Part shown: positions 29,969 to 41,840 of the stretch, in pieces
Layout: the number at the start of each line of letters is the position of its first letter
Numbering within the stretch: the first letter of the stretch is position 1
DNA from: an uncultured Flavobacteriaceae bacterium
GTDB lineage: Bacteria; Bacteroidota; Bacteroidia; Flavobacteriales; Flavobacteriaceae
Assembly (NCBI GenBank): GCA_963796935.1
Contig: CAWCNT010000013.1
Coordinates: 368,242-432,241 of the forward strand
Reading direction: 5' to 3'
Length of the DNA: 64,000 nucleotides
Notes under the pieces: generated by a model
Told to the model about the DNA's origin: nothing
Databases searched by the model: none
The model's input: the letters and a program-made list of their open reading frames with translations, nothing else
Translations under genes and position numbers: made by a program

Positions 29969-31283
29969 ATGAACAAAAAAGTTGCCTTTTATACCCTGGG
30001 ATGCAAACTCAATTTCTCAGAAACTTCTACCATTTCTCGTAGTTTTAAAAGCGAGGGCTTCCGGCAGGTAGAATTTACGGAATGGGCAGATATCTATGTT
30101 ATCAATACTTGTTCTGTGACCGAGAATGCAGATAAAAGGTTTAAAACCATTGTAAAGAAAGCACAAAAATTAAATCCAGAAGCCTTCCTGATCGCCATAG
30201 GATGCTATGCCCAATTAAAACCAGAAGAATTGGCTGCAGTTCATGGAGTTGATCTGGTCTTGGGGGCTACTGAGAAATTCAAGATCACGGATTATCTGAA
30301 TGATCTAAGCAAGAACGACTTTGGCACTATCCATTCCTGTGAAATAGAAGAAGCAGATTTTTATGTTGGTAGTTACTCCATAGGTGATAGAACCAGGGCT
30401 TTTTTAAAAGTTCAGGATGGATGCGATTATAAATGCACTTATTGCACAATTCCATTAGCAAGAGGTATATCGAGTAGTGATACCCTTCAGAATGTATTGC
30501 AAAATGCAGCGGAGATAGCGGCACAAGACATCAAGGAAATTGTACTTACCGGAGTAAATATAGGAGACTATGGAAAAGGTGAATTTGGCAATAAAAAACA
30601 TGAACACACTTTTTTTGACCTTGTAAAGGCTTTGGATAAGGTTGAAGGTATTCACCGCTTACGAATCTCTTCTATAGAACCAAACCTACTGAAAAATGAA
30701 ACCATTGATTTTGTTGCCCGGTCTAACTGTTTCGTTCCTCATTTTCATATTCCTTTGCAAAGTGGGAGTGATGATCTGTTAAAGAAATGAAAAGGCGTTA
30801 TTTACGTGATTTCTATGTGGATCGGGTAGCCACCATAAAAGATAAAGATGCCTCATGCCTGTATTGGAGTGGATGTTATTGTTGGCTTTCCCGGTGAAAC
30901 CGATGAACACTTTTTGGAAACCTATCATTTTCTCAATGATTTGGACATTTCATATCTGCATGTTTTTACCTATTCGGAACGAGATAATACCGTAGCAGCT
31001 GGTCTGCCAGATCCTGTTCCAAAAATGTCAGGAGCAAACGAAGTAAAATGTTACGGGGCTTGTCTGTTAAAAAAAGAAGGCATTTTATGAGAGCCAACTG
31101 GGGATCAAAGAACTGTTTTGTTTGAAAGCGAAAATAAGGAGGGTTATATCCATGGGTTCACCGAGAACTATGTAAAAGTAAAAACACCATGGAATCCTTA
31201 TTTGAGTAAATACTTTGCAGGAGGTAATTAACTGAAATCTATGAAGATGGATTGGTCAAATTAATTTTGTCTCGGCTAAATAA
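29969..31283 (+). CDS. mtaB: tRNA t6A methylthiotransferase, several apparent frameshifts after 30780
   Basis: Motifs TLGCKLNFSE, INTCSVT, radical SAM CDYKCTYC, HIPLQSGS, DVIVGFPGET; C-terminal GFTENYVKVK pieces lie in shifting frames; TATCTTTG at 29934-29941. Confidence 0.85.
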
Positions 31284-31289
31284 TGGCAT

Positions 31290-31314
31290 AAAAAAACCTC
31301 TCGAAAGGAGGTTT
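31290..31314 (-). terminator. Intrinsic terminator between convergent genes
   Basis: AAAAAAACCTC-TCGAAAG-GAGGTTT. Confidence 0.6.
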
Positions 31315-31338
31315 GATTTCTTAAAAGAGAATAAATTT

Positions 31339-31632
31339 TTAAATCCGGATGCCGACCGGAAGCATTTCCTTATATTGTCTGTTTTTTCGTAAAAAACCTG
31401 CAATTTGAGGACTGGTTGGAACAACTCTCAGATTTTTTTCCTGTATGAGATTCAGAACCGATTTAATAAATTCTTCTTTAAAACCCTCCTTGATAATTTC
31501 CTCAGGAATAACCAATTTGGTAAAAAACACTTTTCTTTCCTGCGAAGAGTATTCAATCTTGGCAAGATGACCATCAACCTTAGTTTCAAATTGACGCAAG
31601 AAACTATTATCCTTAATTGCTACTTCATTCAT
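31339..31632 (-). CDS. Small GNAT N-acetyltransferase-like protein (YjdJ-type)
   Basis: Motifs RQFETKVDGHLAKIEY and LRVVPTSPQIAGFLRKN. Confidence 0.75.
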   Translation of the reverse strand: MNEVAIKDNSFLRQFETKVDGHLAKIEYSSQERKVFFTKLVIPEEIIKEGFKEEFIKSVLNLIQEKNLRVVPTSPQIAGFLRKNRQYKEMLPVGIRI

Positions 31633-31810
31633 ATAGTTTGATTTAAAATGGTTTCAGATAAAAAAATTACGAATCTTGCGTAAATCGTAATTATCTATAG
31701 ATTGTTCAACTAATGAATAGTTAAAAACCCGCTTAAAATAATTAACAATCAGCTCACAAAAGTAATAAAAAAAATGCTAATTTCCTAGTAAAATCAAAGT
31801 CTAGATCTAA

Positions 31811-32474
31811 ATGAGCACAAACTAAAATTCCAGTTTATTTCATGCCGGGAATGGCTGCAAGATCAGCTATTTTTAAAAATATTGAATTTCCAAAAGATAG
31901 ATTTGAAATACATTTATTAGAATGGTTTGTTCCGAATAGGGAATTACTTTTGAAGCCTATGCGCTGAGATGTGCAACGCCATATAAAACATGAAAAACCG
32001 GTACTTATAGGTGTGTCTTTAGGAGGACTGCTTGTTCAGGAAATGGCAAAGCTAATTGAAGTAAAAAAGGTATTATCATTTCGAGCATAAAACAAAAATC
32101 AGAATTGCCTAAACGTTTGCTATTTGCCAAATACACCAAAATCCACAAATTACTACCAACCGGTTTGGTAAATAATGTGGAACTTATTGGTCAAATATGC
32201 TTTTGGGGAGATGGTTACACAGCGTCTGGAATTATATGAACAATACCTGGCTGTGCGCGATAAATATTACATGGATTGGTGCATAGATAAGATAGTTCAT
32301 TGGGATCAAAGCAGTTACGATCCAAATTTAATTCATATTCATGGAGATAATGATGCGGTTTTTCCTATTCAATATATTAAGAATTGTCATATTGTTAAAA
32401 ATGGCACCCATACCATGATCATTCATAGATATAAATGGTTTAATGAACGATTGCCTACAATTATTTTGGAATAA
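31811..32474 (+). CDS. Alpha/beta hydrolase, multiple apparent frameshifts
   Basis: Fragments IPVYFMPGMAA, LIGVSLGG (nucleophile elbow), IHIHGDNDAVFP, GTHTM. Confidence 0.75.
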
Positions 32475-32518
32475 GGGAGTTGTATTTTATACCTTTGATA
32501 GGTCTATCAAATAAAGTT

Positions 32519-33476
32519 ATGAAATTTTTAAGAACAACTTGATGATTTTAGGGGTTGTTTTTGTAATAAGTACCTTAATTTTTTCAGTGCAACAAGGACA
32601 ATTTTTCTGTGACTACAGATGAAACCACCTGAAATGAAGGACTAATAAAAATGTAGCAGATGAATATAGAATTTCAGCTATTGAAATTCCAGAGGATTTA
32701 AATTTTGCTAGTGAAACAGTTCCTCAGGAAGATCCGGAAATAATGGAACGGGTAGACCGGGAATTTTTGGTAAATACCTATTGGCAATCAAATGCTCTGT
32801 TGCTAATGAAGCGCGCCCATAAATATTTTCCGGTTATTGAACCAATACTTTCCAAAAATGGGATTCCAGATGATTTTAAATATTTAGCAGTAGCCGAGAG
32901 TGGTTTGCAAAATGTGGTATCACCATGCAGGAGCAACAGGATTTTGGCAAATAATGAAGGCCACGGGAAGGAATATGGACTGGAAGTAAATTCTAATGTT
33001 GATGAGCGTTATCACCTGGCAAAGTCAACCGAAGTGGCATGCGACTATCTGAAAAAAAATAAAGAACGTTATGGTAGCTGGACCCTTGCAGCGGCTTCTT
33101 ATAATGCCGGTCCAGGATCTATAAATAAATATATGGGTATACAGCAGGCCAATGATTATTATGATCTGTTACTGGGAGAGGAAACAGGTCGTTATGTTTT
33201 TCGGATACTGGCAATTAAGGAAATTCTTTCAAATCCTGAAAAATATGGATTTGAAGTTGAAGAGAAAGATCTGTATAAGACAGTACCAACATTTACTGTA
33301 TGCGTAGATAAACCGGTTCAAAATTTTGCAGATCCTTTGCAAAACAATATGAAATCAACTACAAAATTCTGAAACGACATAACCCATGGTTACGAGAACC
33401 TCATCTTAATAATGCTTCTGGAAAGAAGTATACTATAGAAATTCCTAATAAGGGGTATTATTCAACAGCTCGATAG
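32519..33476 (+). CDS. Lytic transglycosylase (SLT/MltD-like), apparent frameshifts
   Basis: Motifs IPDDFKYLAVAESG, VDERY, LAAASYNAG, ETGRYV; C-terminal KILKRHNPWLRE in a shifted frame. Confidence 0.82.
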
Positions 33477-33525
33477 AAGAATAATATTTTAAATAGAAGA
33501 TATCAAAAGATCTGACGGTAATCCT

Positions 33526-34043
33526 TTAGATTTTTTTCATTTGTTGCTGCATCATTTTAATCTGCTCAGTCAGCATATTGTTCTTATCAAGTTTTTTGGC
33601 TTCCTGAAGAAGTGTTGTAGCTTCTCGTTTTCGTCTTTTTTGCATGGCAATTCCTGCCAGACTTAGTTTGGCCATGGCTACATCATAGTCCATGTTTAAG
33701 ACCAAGTTTTAGGGCTTTCTTAAAATATTTTTCAGCCTGTGTAAGATTCTTTTGCGAAAATATAATGCCAAATAAGTAGTTGTAATAACCTTGTTGTTTT
33801 GGTCGTAAGAGCAGATTCAGGATTTTTTATTTTTTCTAACCATTTTTCTGTTCCTGCCATATCTTGCTTACGCATTCTAAGGAATGCCAGAAGAATAAAT
33901 TCATTTCTGAAATAAAGAAACACAAAAATGAGCGAAAGTAAAATCAGAAAAATACCGTTTCCAATATAGCCTTCTATGAATTGATAGATGGCATAGGCAA
34001 TAATAAGACCTGCTATGACCAGTTTAATATTTTTATTGAACAT
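33526..34043 (-). CDS. Conserved membrane protein with a TPR-like C-terminus, one apparent frameshift at ~33795
   Basis: Two TM helices, then a shifted continuation QQGYYNYLFGIIFSQKNLTQAEKYFKKALKLGL...MQQQMKKI*. Confidence 0.72.
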
Positions 34044-34057
34044 AATTATTTATTCAA

Positions 34058-34936
34058 TTAATTCGTAAGTAATTGTGGATTATATAGTGGTTGGGATTTC
34101 TTGATCTCCCAATCTGAGCCATGGTTGAAAACCCTTTGGAAACTCCTTCGACCTTCATTTTTATTAATAAACCCCGAATTGAGGTCGGTGTAATACTGCG
34201 TATCCTGAGTGCCATTTAGCTTCATTGTCGAAGCCGGTTCTTTAATATCCATTACTACTAGTTGCTATACCTCTAATTATAGCATTTCTTGGTGGTAACA
34301 GCATCTAGTTTCCAGATGTTTTGAGCCTGTAAGTTTACCTGCATAGTCATTCTTCCAGCTATCACCTACTGTGATGCCGTTATCGGGATATATGTATGTC
34401 AGTTGTTCATAACTATTCGACAATGCTTCAGAACCAAATTCCTTTTTCAGAGAATTTTTCATCATGTTTAATGAAAATTCATCTTCAACTCCAGATGCAT
34501 TTGCCATTTTTACCACCAGGCTATCTCCGCCATTTACTTCTAAAATATCACCATTGTTGGCAAGTACAATTTGTATAGGAACATCTAATAGACTATTAAA
34601 GATTTTAGATTGAACATCATCTTCTTCAAATTCCTTGGCATGTACGTTCATCAATTCTCCTTGAATACTCGATGTCATTTTTAAGTTCAGATCTTTAAAC
34701 ATGACGTCTATGGCATAGGTATCAGTATTTTTATCCACCTACCTTAAATTCCATAATCCCTATAGCGTATTGGTGATTTCATGGGTAGCCCCGTCTATTT
34801 CCTGTGTAATAATTTGATTTGCGTCTTGTTTAATTGTAAAAACATCACCCAGGGTTAGATTGTACTGCAGTTTTCCTGTGCCCAAATACTGTTGTATTAA
34901 TGAGAAGATAAAAACAGGTGAGTATAGCTTTTTCAA
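34058..34936 (-). CDS. Secreted hypothetical protein (DUF6263-like), multiple apparent frameshifts
   Basis: TTG start with signal peptide, KLQYNLTLGDVFTIKQDANQIITQ, YPDNGITVGDSWKN, MKLNGTQ; ORF fragments are collinear. Confidence 0.6.
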
Positions 34937-35006
34937 CTTTTAATGCAAGAATTTTAAGTGATCCCGCAAAAGTACTAAAACTATCCGAAATATTTTTTTA
35001 AATCCA

Positions 35007-35037
35007 TTTGCCAAAGCAAAAACTCTTCGTATATTTG
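35007..35037 (+). promoter_or_regulatory. Canonical Bacteroidota housekeeping promoter of rpmH
   Basis: TTTG (35007-35010)-N19-TATATTTG (35030-35037). Confidence 0.8.
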
Positions 35038-35089
35038 CGCCCAGATTTTGGGAAGCCAAAGGTATTTTACGGATTACAAAACAGCAGTA

Positions 35090-35248
35090 ATGAAAAGAAC
35101 ATATCAACCATCCAAGCGCAAGAGAAGAAATAAACATGGATTTAGGGAGCGCATGGCTTCAGTAAGCGGACGTAAAGTTCTTTCGAGAAGAAGAGCTAAA
35201 GGAAGAAAAAAACTTAGTGTATCTTCAGAGCCGAGACACAAAAAATAA
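35090..35248 (+). CDS. rpmH: 50S ribosomal protein L34
   Basis: [22 protein letters not shown]...[10 protein letters not shown]. Confidence 0.97.
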   Translation: MKRTYQPSKRKRRNKHGFRERMASVSGRKVLSRRRAKGRKKLSVSSEPRHKK

Positions 35249-35271
35249 TGATTGAAATTATCAAAATAATT

Positions 35272-35305
35272 AGGTGTTACTTTTTTAAAGTAGCACCTTT
35301 TTTTT
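35272..35305 (+). terminator. Intrinsic terminator after rpmH
   Basis: AGGTGTTACTTT-TTT-AAAGTAGCACCT followed by a T tract. Confidence 0.85.
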
Positions 35306-35341
35306 ATCCAATAAGTAATACTAAATCTAAAGAATAAAGAA

Positions 35342-38194
35342 ATGCCAAAACGTAAGGATTTAAAATCAATACTAATAATTGGTTCCGGACCAATAATAAT
35401 AGGACAAGCATGTGAATTTGATTATTCTGGTTCACAAGCTCTTACGTTCATTAAGGAAGATGGTATTGAAACCGTCCTGATCAATAGTAATCCCGCTACT
35501 ATTATGACAGATCCTTCTATGGCAGATCATATTTATCTTCTTCCCTTACCACCAAGTCTATTGTTCATATACTAAAAAAGCATCCAAATATTGATGCAGT
35601 CTTGCCAACTATGGGTGGACAAACTGCCCTGAATTTGTGTATTGAGGCTGGAGATAAAGGTATTTGGGATGACTTTGGAATTGAAATTATTGGTGTTGAT
35701 ATAGATGCCATAAATATCACGGAAGATCGTGAGAAATTCCGCGAGCTAATGCTTAAAATAGGTATCGGAATGGCACCCCAATCTACTGCTACTTCTTTTC
35801 TGGAGGGAAAGGAGATTGCTCAGGAATTTGGTTTTCCCCTGGTAATCAGAGCTTCTTATACACTTGGTGGTGCCGGGGCTTCAATTGTGTATAAACCGGA
35901 AGATTTTGATGATCTATTAAGTCAGAGGTCTTGAAGTATCTCCCATACATGAGGTAATGATAGATAAGGCTCTTATGGGATGGAAGGAGTATGAACTTGA
36001 ATTACTTGCGCGATAATAATGATAATGTAGTCATTATTTGTACCATTGAGAATATGGACCCAATGGGTATCCATACTGGAGACTCTATTACAGTGGCACC
36101 GGCCATGACCTTATCTGACCGCACTTTTCAAAGGATGCGCGATATGGCAATACACATGATGAGAAGTATTGGTGATTTTGCCGGAGGATGTAATGTGCAA
36201 TTTGCAGTGAGTCCGGATGAAAAAGAAGATATTATTGCGATTGAAATCAATCCAAGGGTGTCCAGATCATCTGCACTGGCTTCCAAAGCTACAGGATATC
36301 CTATTGCCAAGATCGCGGCTAAATTAGCCATTGGTTATTCTTTGGACGAATTGGAAAATCAGATTACAAAATCTACTTCAGCCTTATTTGAACCAACCTT
36401 GATTATGTAATCGTTAAAATACCTCGATGGAACTTTGATAAGTTTGAAGGATCGGACAGAACCCTGGGTCTTCAGATGAAATCGGTTGGAGAGGTTATGG
36501 GAATAGGTCGTTCTTTTCAGGAAGCCCTGCACAAGGCTACCCAGTCTCTTGAGATTAAACGAAATGGTTTGGGAGCAGACGGGAAAGGATATACAAACTA
36601 TGATCAGATTATAAGTAAACTTACTATTCCCAGTTGGGACAGGGTTTTTGTAATCTATGATGCTATACAATTGGGGATTCCACTTAGCAGAATCCATGAG
36701 ATCACAAAAATAGATATGTGGTTCCTGAAACAATATGAAGAATTGCATTTTTTGGAAAAGGAAATTTCAAAATATACCATTGAAAGCCTTGCCCAAGGAA
36801 TTGCTGCTCGAAGCCAAACAAAAAGGTTTTGCAGATAGACAAATAGCCCATATGCTCGACTGTTATGAGAGTGAAGTGCATAAAAAGAGAACCCTTTAGA
36901 CATTAACCGGGTTTATAAATTGGTAGATACCTGTGCAGCAGAATTTAAGGCGATGACGCCTTATTACTACTCTACTTTTGAAGAGGAAATTGAAACGGCT
37001 GATGGAAAAAGATTTGTGGCCAACGACAGCGTGGTTACAGAAAAGAAAAAGATTGTTGTTCTCGGTTCTGGACCAAACAGGATAGGGCAGGGGATTGAAT
37101 TTGATTATTGTTGTGTTCACGGGGTCCTTGCTGCCGCTGAATGCGGTTATGAGACTATTATGATCAATTGTAACCCGGAAACTGTTTCTACAGATTTTGA
37201 TACGGCAGATAAGTTTTATTTTGAACCTGTATTCTGGGAACATATCTATGATATTATTTTACATGAAAAACCGGAAGGTGTAATTGTGCAATTAGGTGGC
37301 CAAACTGCTCTTAAACTTGCCGAAAAATTAGATAAGTACGGAATTAAGATCATGGGGACTAGTTTTAAGTCGCTCGATCTTGCTGAAGATCGAGGAAGCT
37401 TTTCCAGACTATTGCAGGAAAACAATATTCCTTACCCCGAATTTGGGGTTGCAGAAAGTGCAGATGAAGCTCTGGACTTATCTGATGAACTTAATTTCCC
37501 ACTATTGGTAAGACCATCCTATGTATTGGGAGGTCAGGGAATGAAAATTGTAATCAACAAGGAAGAATTGGAAGCGCACGTGGTTGACCTGCTGCAAAAA
37601 ATCCCGAATAATAAATTATTGCTAGATCATTATTTGGATGGTGCCATAGAAGCCGAAGCAGATGCCATTTGCGATGGCAAAGAAGTATATATTATTGGTA
37701 TTATGGAACATATAGAACCATGTGGGATTCATTCCGGGGATTCTAATGCTACCTTGCCACCTTTTAACCTGGGCGAATTTGTAATGCAGCAGATCAAGGA
37801 TCATACCAAAAAAATTGCTCTAGCCTTGAATACAGTTGGACTAATCAATATTCAGTTTGCCATCAAGGACGATATGGTGTATATCATTGAGGCAAATCCA
37901 AGAGCCTCCAGAACGGTTCCTTTTATTTCCAAAGCATATGGGGAACCTTATGTGAATTATGCTACAAAGGTGATGCTGGGAGAGAAAAAGATCAAGGATT
38001 TTACTTTTAATCCAAAATTAGAAGGCTTTGCAATAAAGCAACCTGTTTTCTCATTCAATAAATTTCCGAATGTGAATAAGAACCTGGGGCCTGAAATGAA
38101 GAGTACAGGAGAGAGTATCTTATTTATTGACAGCTTAAAGGATGATGAGTTCTACAACCTGTATACCAGACGAAAGATGTATTTGAGCAAATAA
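35342..38194 (+). CDS. carB: Carbamoyl-phosphate synthase large subunit, split into at least five ORFs by apparent indels
   Basis: Collinear fragments [78 protein letters not shown]. Confidence 0.95.
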
Positions 38195-38247
38195 ACAAAT
38201 GGATACGTATACAATTAGATGTCTTTCGCTTTATTTGGAGATGATAG

Positions 38248-38794
38248 TTATTCTGGTTGTAATTCTGAAAGTACTGCAACTTGAATTTCCTCGGCAATTT
38301 TTTTAAAAAGTATCTTGGTACTTTAATTTTATAATCTTCAGGGCGAACAATAAAGGTGTGTTCTAGAAAGATGAGACTCATTTATTTTTTTAAGTTGCAC
38401 ACTTCGGTTTCTATTGCATTGGTTACTCCATGCATGGTAAGCGTTCCCTTTAATGGAAATTTTATTACTTTGTTCGAAAGTTGATCTAATGAAAAATCTG
38501 AGATAATCCCAATAAAATAGGCTTTTGGAAAATCGTCGGATTCCATATAATTTTCATTAAAATGCTCCTCCATTAACTCCCTCTTAAAATCAAATTCCTT
38601 GACAAGTAACAAGGAGGCAAATTCACCATTAGGTCTTTAAAATGGTATTTACGTTTTGATTGACGGCGTGAATATCTTCCAAGGGGGTAGATGCATCGAA
38701 TTAATAGATCTCGCAGTTTTGGTCAAGATAGGTATTCTGTGCCAAGAATCAAGGATTGTAACAAAAGAATATATAAGGGAGTATACTATTTCAT
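38248..38794 (-). CDS. YceI-family lipid/polyisoprenoid-binding protein, multiple apparent frameshifts
   Basis: Fragments FDASTPLEDIHAVNQ, LMEEHFNENYMESDDFPKAYF, KGTLTMHGVT, PEDYKIKVP; ATGA overlap with the upstream cytochrome gene. Confidence 0.78.
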
Positions 38795-39165
38795 TCCGGG
38801 AATCCTTGGTTTACCCAATCGGTGATCATTTGTCTGGTGACACTGGGCATTCTTCCATCTGGGGGCATGGGATTTACCGAGCTATTAATTCTATTGACCA
38901 ATCCCCGGGTTTCCACAGCACTTTTTACCAGAGCATAGGTGGTCAATGACATTGGTGCATTATTGGTGGGCGGATTACCATGACAGGACAGGCAATTGGC
39001 CTGAATAATAGGTCTGATGTCTGAGGTATATGTTAAATCCATTGCATTGGCTCCTCCATTGTTATTGGGGTCGTCTAAGGGAACTCCTTCTGAATTATCG
39101 CTACTCGAACAACCCATTAAACCAGATATCAGAAGTAATAACCCTAAATTTAGAATCTTTTTCAT
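38791..39165 (-). CDS. Monoheme cytochrome c-type lipoprotein
   Basis: Lipobox LMGC, heme motif CLSCH, distal MPP methionine, C-terminal ITDWVNQG. Confidence 0.78.
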   Translation of the reverse strand: MKKILNLGLLLLISGLMGCSSSDNSEGVPLDDPNNNGGANAMDLTYTSDIRPIIQANCLSCHGNPPTNNAPMSLTTYALVKSAVETRGLVNRINSSVNPMPPDGRMPSVTRQMITDWVNQGFPE

Positions 39166-39371
39166 AACAGAAGTGTTTAGTTAAAATATTGAATATCAAT
39201 ATCTTTACTAATGAGATGTCAATAATTTTTATTGGTTGCGTGTCCGAGAAATTCTTCATTCCAAATCAATTAACAACTCTCTGCTACGAGTATATTTCAG
39301 GATTTTCTTTGTAAGTTTAAGAGAAAAAAGTTGATTACAAATTCTTTTCTACTTTATAAATCACTATTCCT

Positions 39372-40231
39372 ATGAAAAAGTTACTCTTATTCCTCGTTTG
39401 TTTTATTGATAACCCATGGTATTTCTGCACAAGAAGATCTATTAGCTGCTATAGATAAAAAGGATACAACCAACACTAGTAAGTGCCGCCTTTAAAGGCC
39501 TTAAAATTGTAAATTTCGAATCCACCAAATTGGTCAATAAAAATGAATTCTATTTTATAGTTTCACATCGATTTGGAAGTATTAAAAATGGTTTTGACGA
39601 TTTTTTTGGTTTAGATTTTGCATTTACACGCTTGCATTTCCTATATGGCTTTTCTGATGGCTTTAATTTAGCAATATCGAGAAGTTCCTTTAATAAGACG
39701 TATGATGTTTCTGCGAAATACCGTTTGACACAACAAAAAGAAAATTTCCCTGTAACTATTGTGGGCTATAGTCAGATGGCCTTTAACACATTCCTGAACG
39801 ATGCTGTACTCTCAAGAGAAGTAACAATGGGAGATAGAATTTCATTTACACAACAAATTTTAATATCAAAAAAAATTAGTGAAAAGATATCTGTTCAACT
39901 AATGCCAACTTATTTTTATGAAGGTTATGTGGATTATGCACCACAAGATAATTCGCAATTTGCACTTGGATTTGGCGGCCGTGTAAAATTGAATAAACGA
40001 TTTAGTTTAAACCTAGACTATGGATGGCATCTTAACCGAGCGGCAGGATCCCCTTTTGTAAATCCTTTGTCCATTGGAGTAGATATAGAAACAGGAGGTC
40101 ATGTATTTCAATTACATTTTACGAATGCCCAGCCCGCATTTGAAAGTGGATTCTTAGGCAATGGAATAGGAGACTGGAGCGATGGAAATATTTACTTTGG
40201 CTTTAACCTGAGTCGAGTTTTCAATTTTTAA
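39372..40231 (+). CDS. Outer-membrane beta-barrel protein (DUF5777-like), apparent N-terminal frameshifts
   Basis: Signal peptide from ATG 39372; motifs AFKGLKIVNFEST, SHRFG, GVDIETGGHVFQLHFTN; C-terminal IYFGFNLSRVFNF (terminal Phe beta-signal). Confidence 0.75.
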
Positions 40232-40240
40232 AAGCAACTC

Positions 40241-41655
40241 TCAATCTTCCCACTCAGTATGGAAAATACCTTCCTTGTCTGTTCGTTCGTATGTATGAGA
40301 ACCAAAATAATCACGCTGTGCCTGAATAAGGTTTAGTGGTAAACGACCGGAGGTATAGGCGTCGAAATACGTAAGGGAATTTGATAGACCTGGCAATGGT
40401 ACACCATTGGTTGCTCCATATGATACCAGTTGTCTAACAGATGCGATCGTTTGTTTTATTTCCTTTGAAAATGAAGGATCTAGTAATAGGTTTGAAAGAG
40501 TAGCATTTTGTTGAAAAGCCGTTGTAATATCTGCAAGTAATCCTGCCCTGATAATACACCCGGCACGCCAGATCTTGGCAATAGTACCTAGATCGAGTTC
40601 ATACCCATATTCTTTCGAAGCTTCAGATAGTTGATGTAAGCCCTGGGCATAGGTTATGATAAAGGAGAAATACAGCGCTTCTTCTGCCATTTTTACTAAG
40701 TTATGCTTTAGGAATGGTTGCAGGTTGGGACTTGCCATATAATTTTTCGGCTTTAAGTCTGTCTGCTTTGAGAGCAGACAATTCTCGCATGCTTACCGCT
40801 ATATCAATACTGGGGATAGGAATTCCAAGGTCCATAGCATTTTGAGACGTCCATTTTCCTGTTCCTTTTTGCTTGGCCTTATCCAGGATCTTATCAACTA
40901 ATTGCCCCGATCCCTGGTCATCATCCTTACTTAGAATTTCTGAGGTGATCTCTACTAAAAAAGACTGCAACCTGCCATTGTTCCAACTGTTAAAAGCAGT
41001 GTGCAACTCATCGTTGTTCAACTTCCCGGCTTTTTTCAACAGGTCGTATATTTCAGACGTTAACTGCATAAGCCCGTATTCAATGCCATTGTGGATCATC
41101 TTTACGTAGTTACCGGCCGATTTTGGACCTAAATAAGCCACGCAGGGCTCACCTTTGTATTTAGCGGATACAGCTTCAAAAATGGGTTGTACTTCCTTGT
41201 ATGCTTCTCTGAGAACCACCAGGCATAATGCTGGGTCCTTTTCTGGCGCCTTTAGCTCCCCCAGATACCCCGGCTCCGAAGAAGTGGATCCCTTTGGTTT
41301 TTAGATAGGCTTCTCGTCTGTCCGTATCTGTAAATAATGAATTTCCTCCATCGATGATGAGATCGTCCTTGCTTAGGAGCGGCAAAAGACTTTCAATTAC
41401 ATTATCAACAATTTTACCGGCAGGAACCAATAGCATAATCTTTCTAGGTAGCTGTAAAGCATTTATAAACGTCTCCAGATCACTTGTAGCATTCACTTTA
41501 TCCAGATCTCCCCCTTCTTTTTGCAGGGCTGTTACCTTTTCCTGATCAAGATCATATCCGTATGCTTTAAAATTATTATCTGCCACGTTCAGGATAAAAT
41601 TTCTACCCATGACCCCCAGGCCTACCAATCCAAAATCATACTTGTTCTCTGGCAT
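40241..41655 (-). CDS. gnd: 6-phosphogluconate dehydrogenase (NADP), two apparent frameshifts (~41210, ~40735)
   Basis: Motifs GLGVMG, IIDGGNS, GVSGG, VKMIHNGIEYG, QKGTGKWT, LIQAQRDYFGSHTY. Confidence 0.93.
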
Positions 41656-41840
41656 CGTACTAAATTTTGTATATTTTTTTTAATTATTTTAATGGCCGAA
41701 ACTACAAGGAAGTAGAACATTCAAAAAAACCGAAGAGCCCTTCGTTACGTTCAAAAGTAAATGAAAATATTCACTTTTTAGTGCGTACTTTGGGCAATTA
41801 TAGTAAAGGTGTGCTCGCCGCAATAAACCAAAGAAAAAAG

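Noticed and set aside
38757-38763. Extra TGTAACA ECF-like -35 element
   Set aside because: It lies inside a coding region on the antisense strand with no matching -10.
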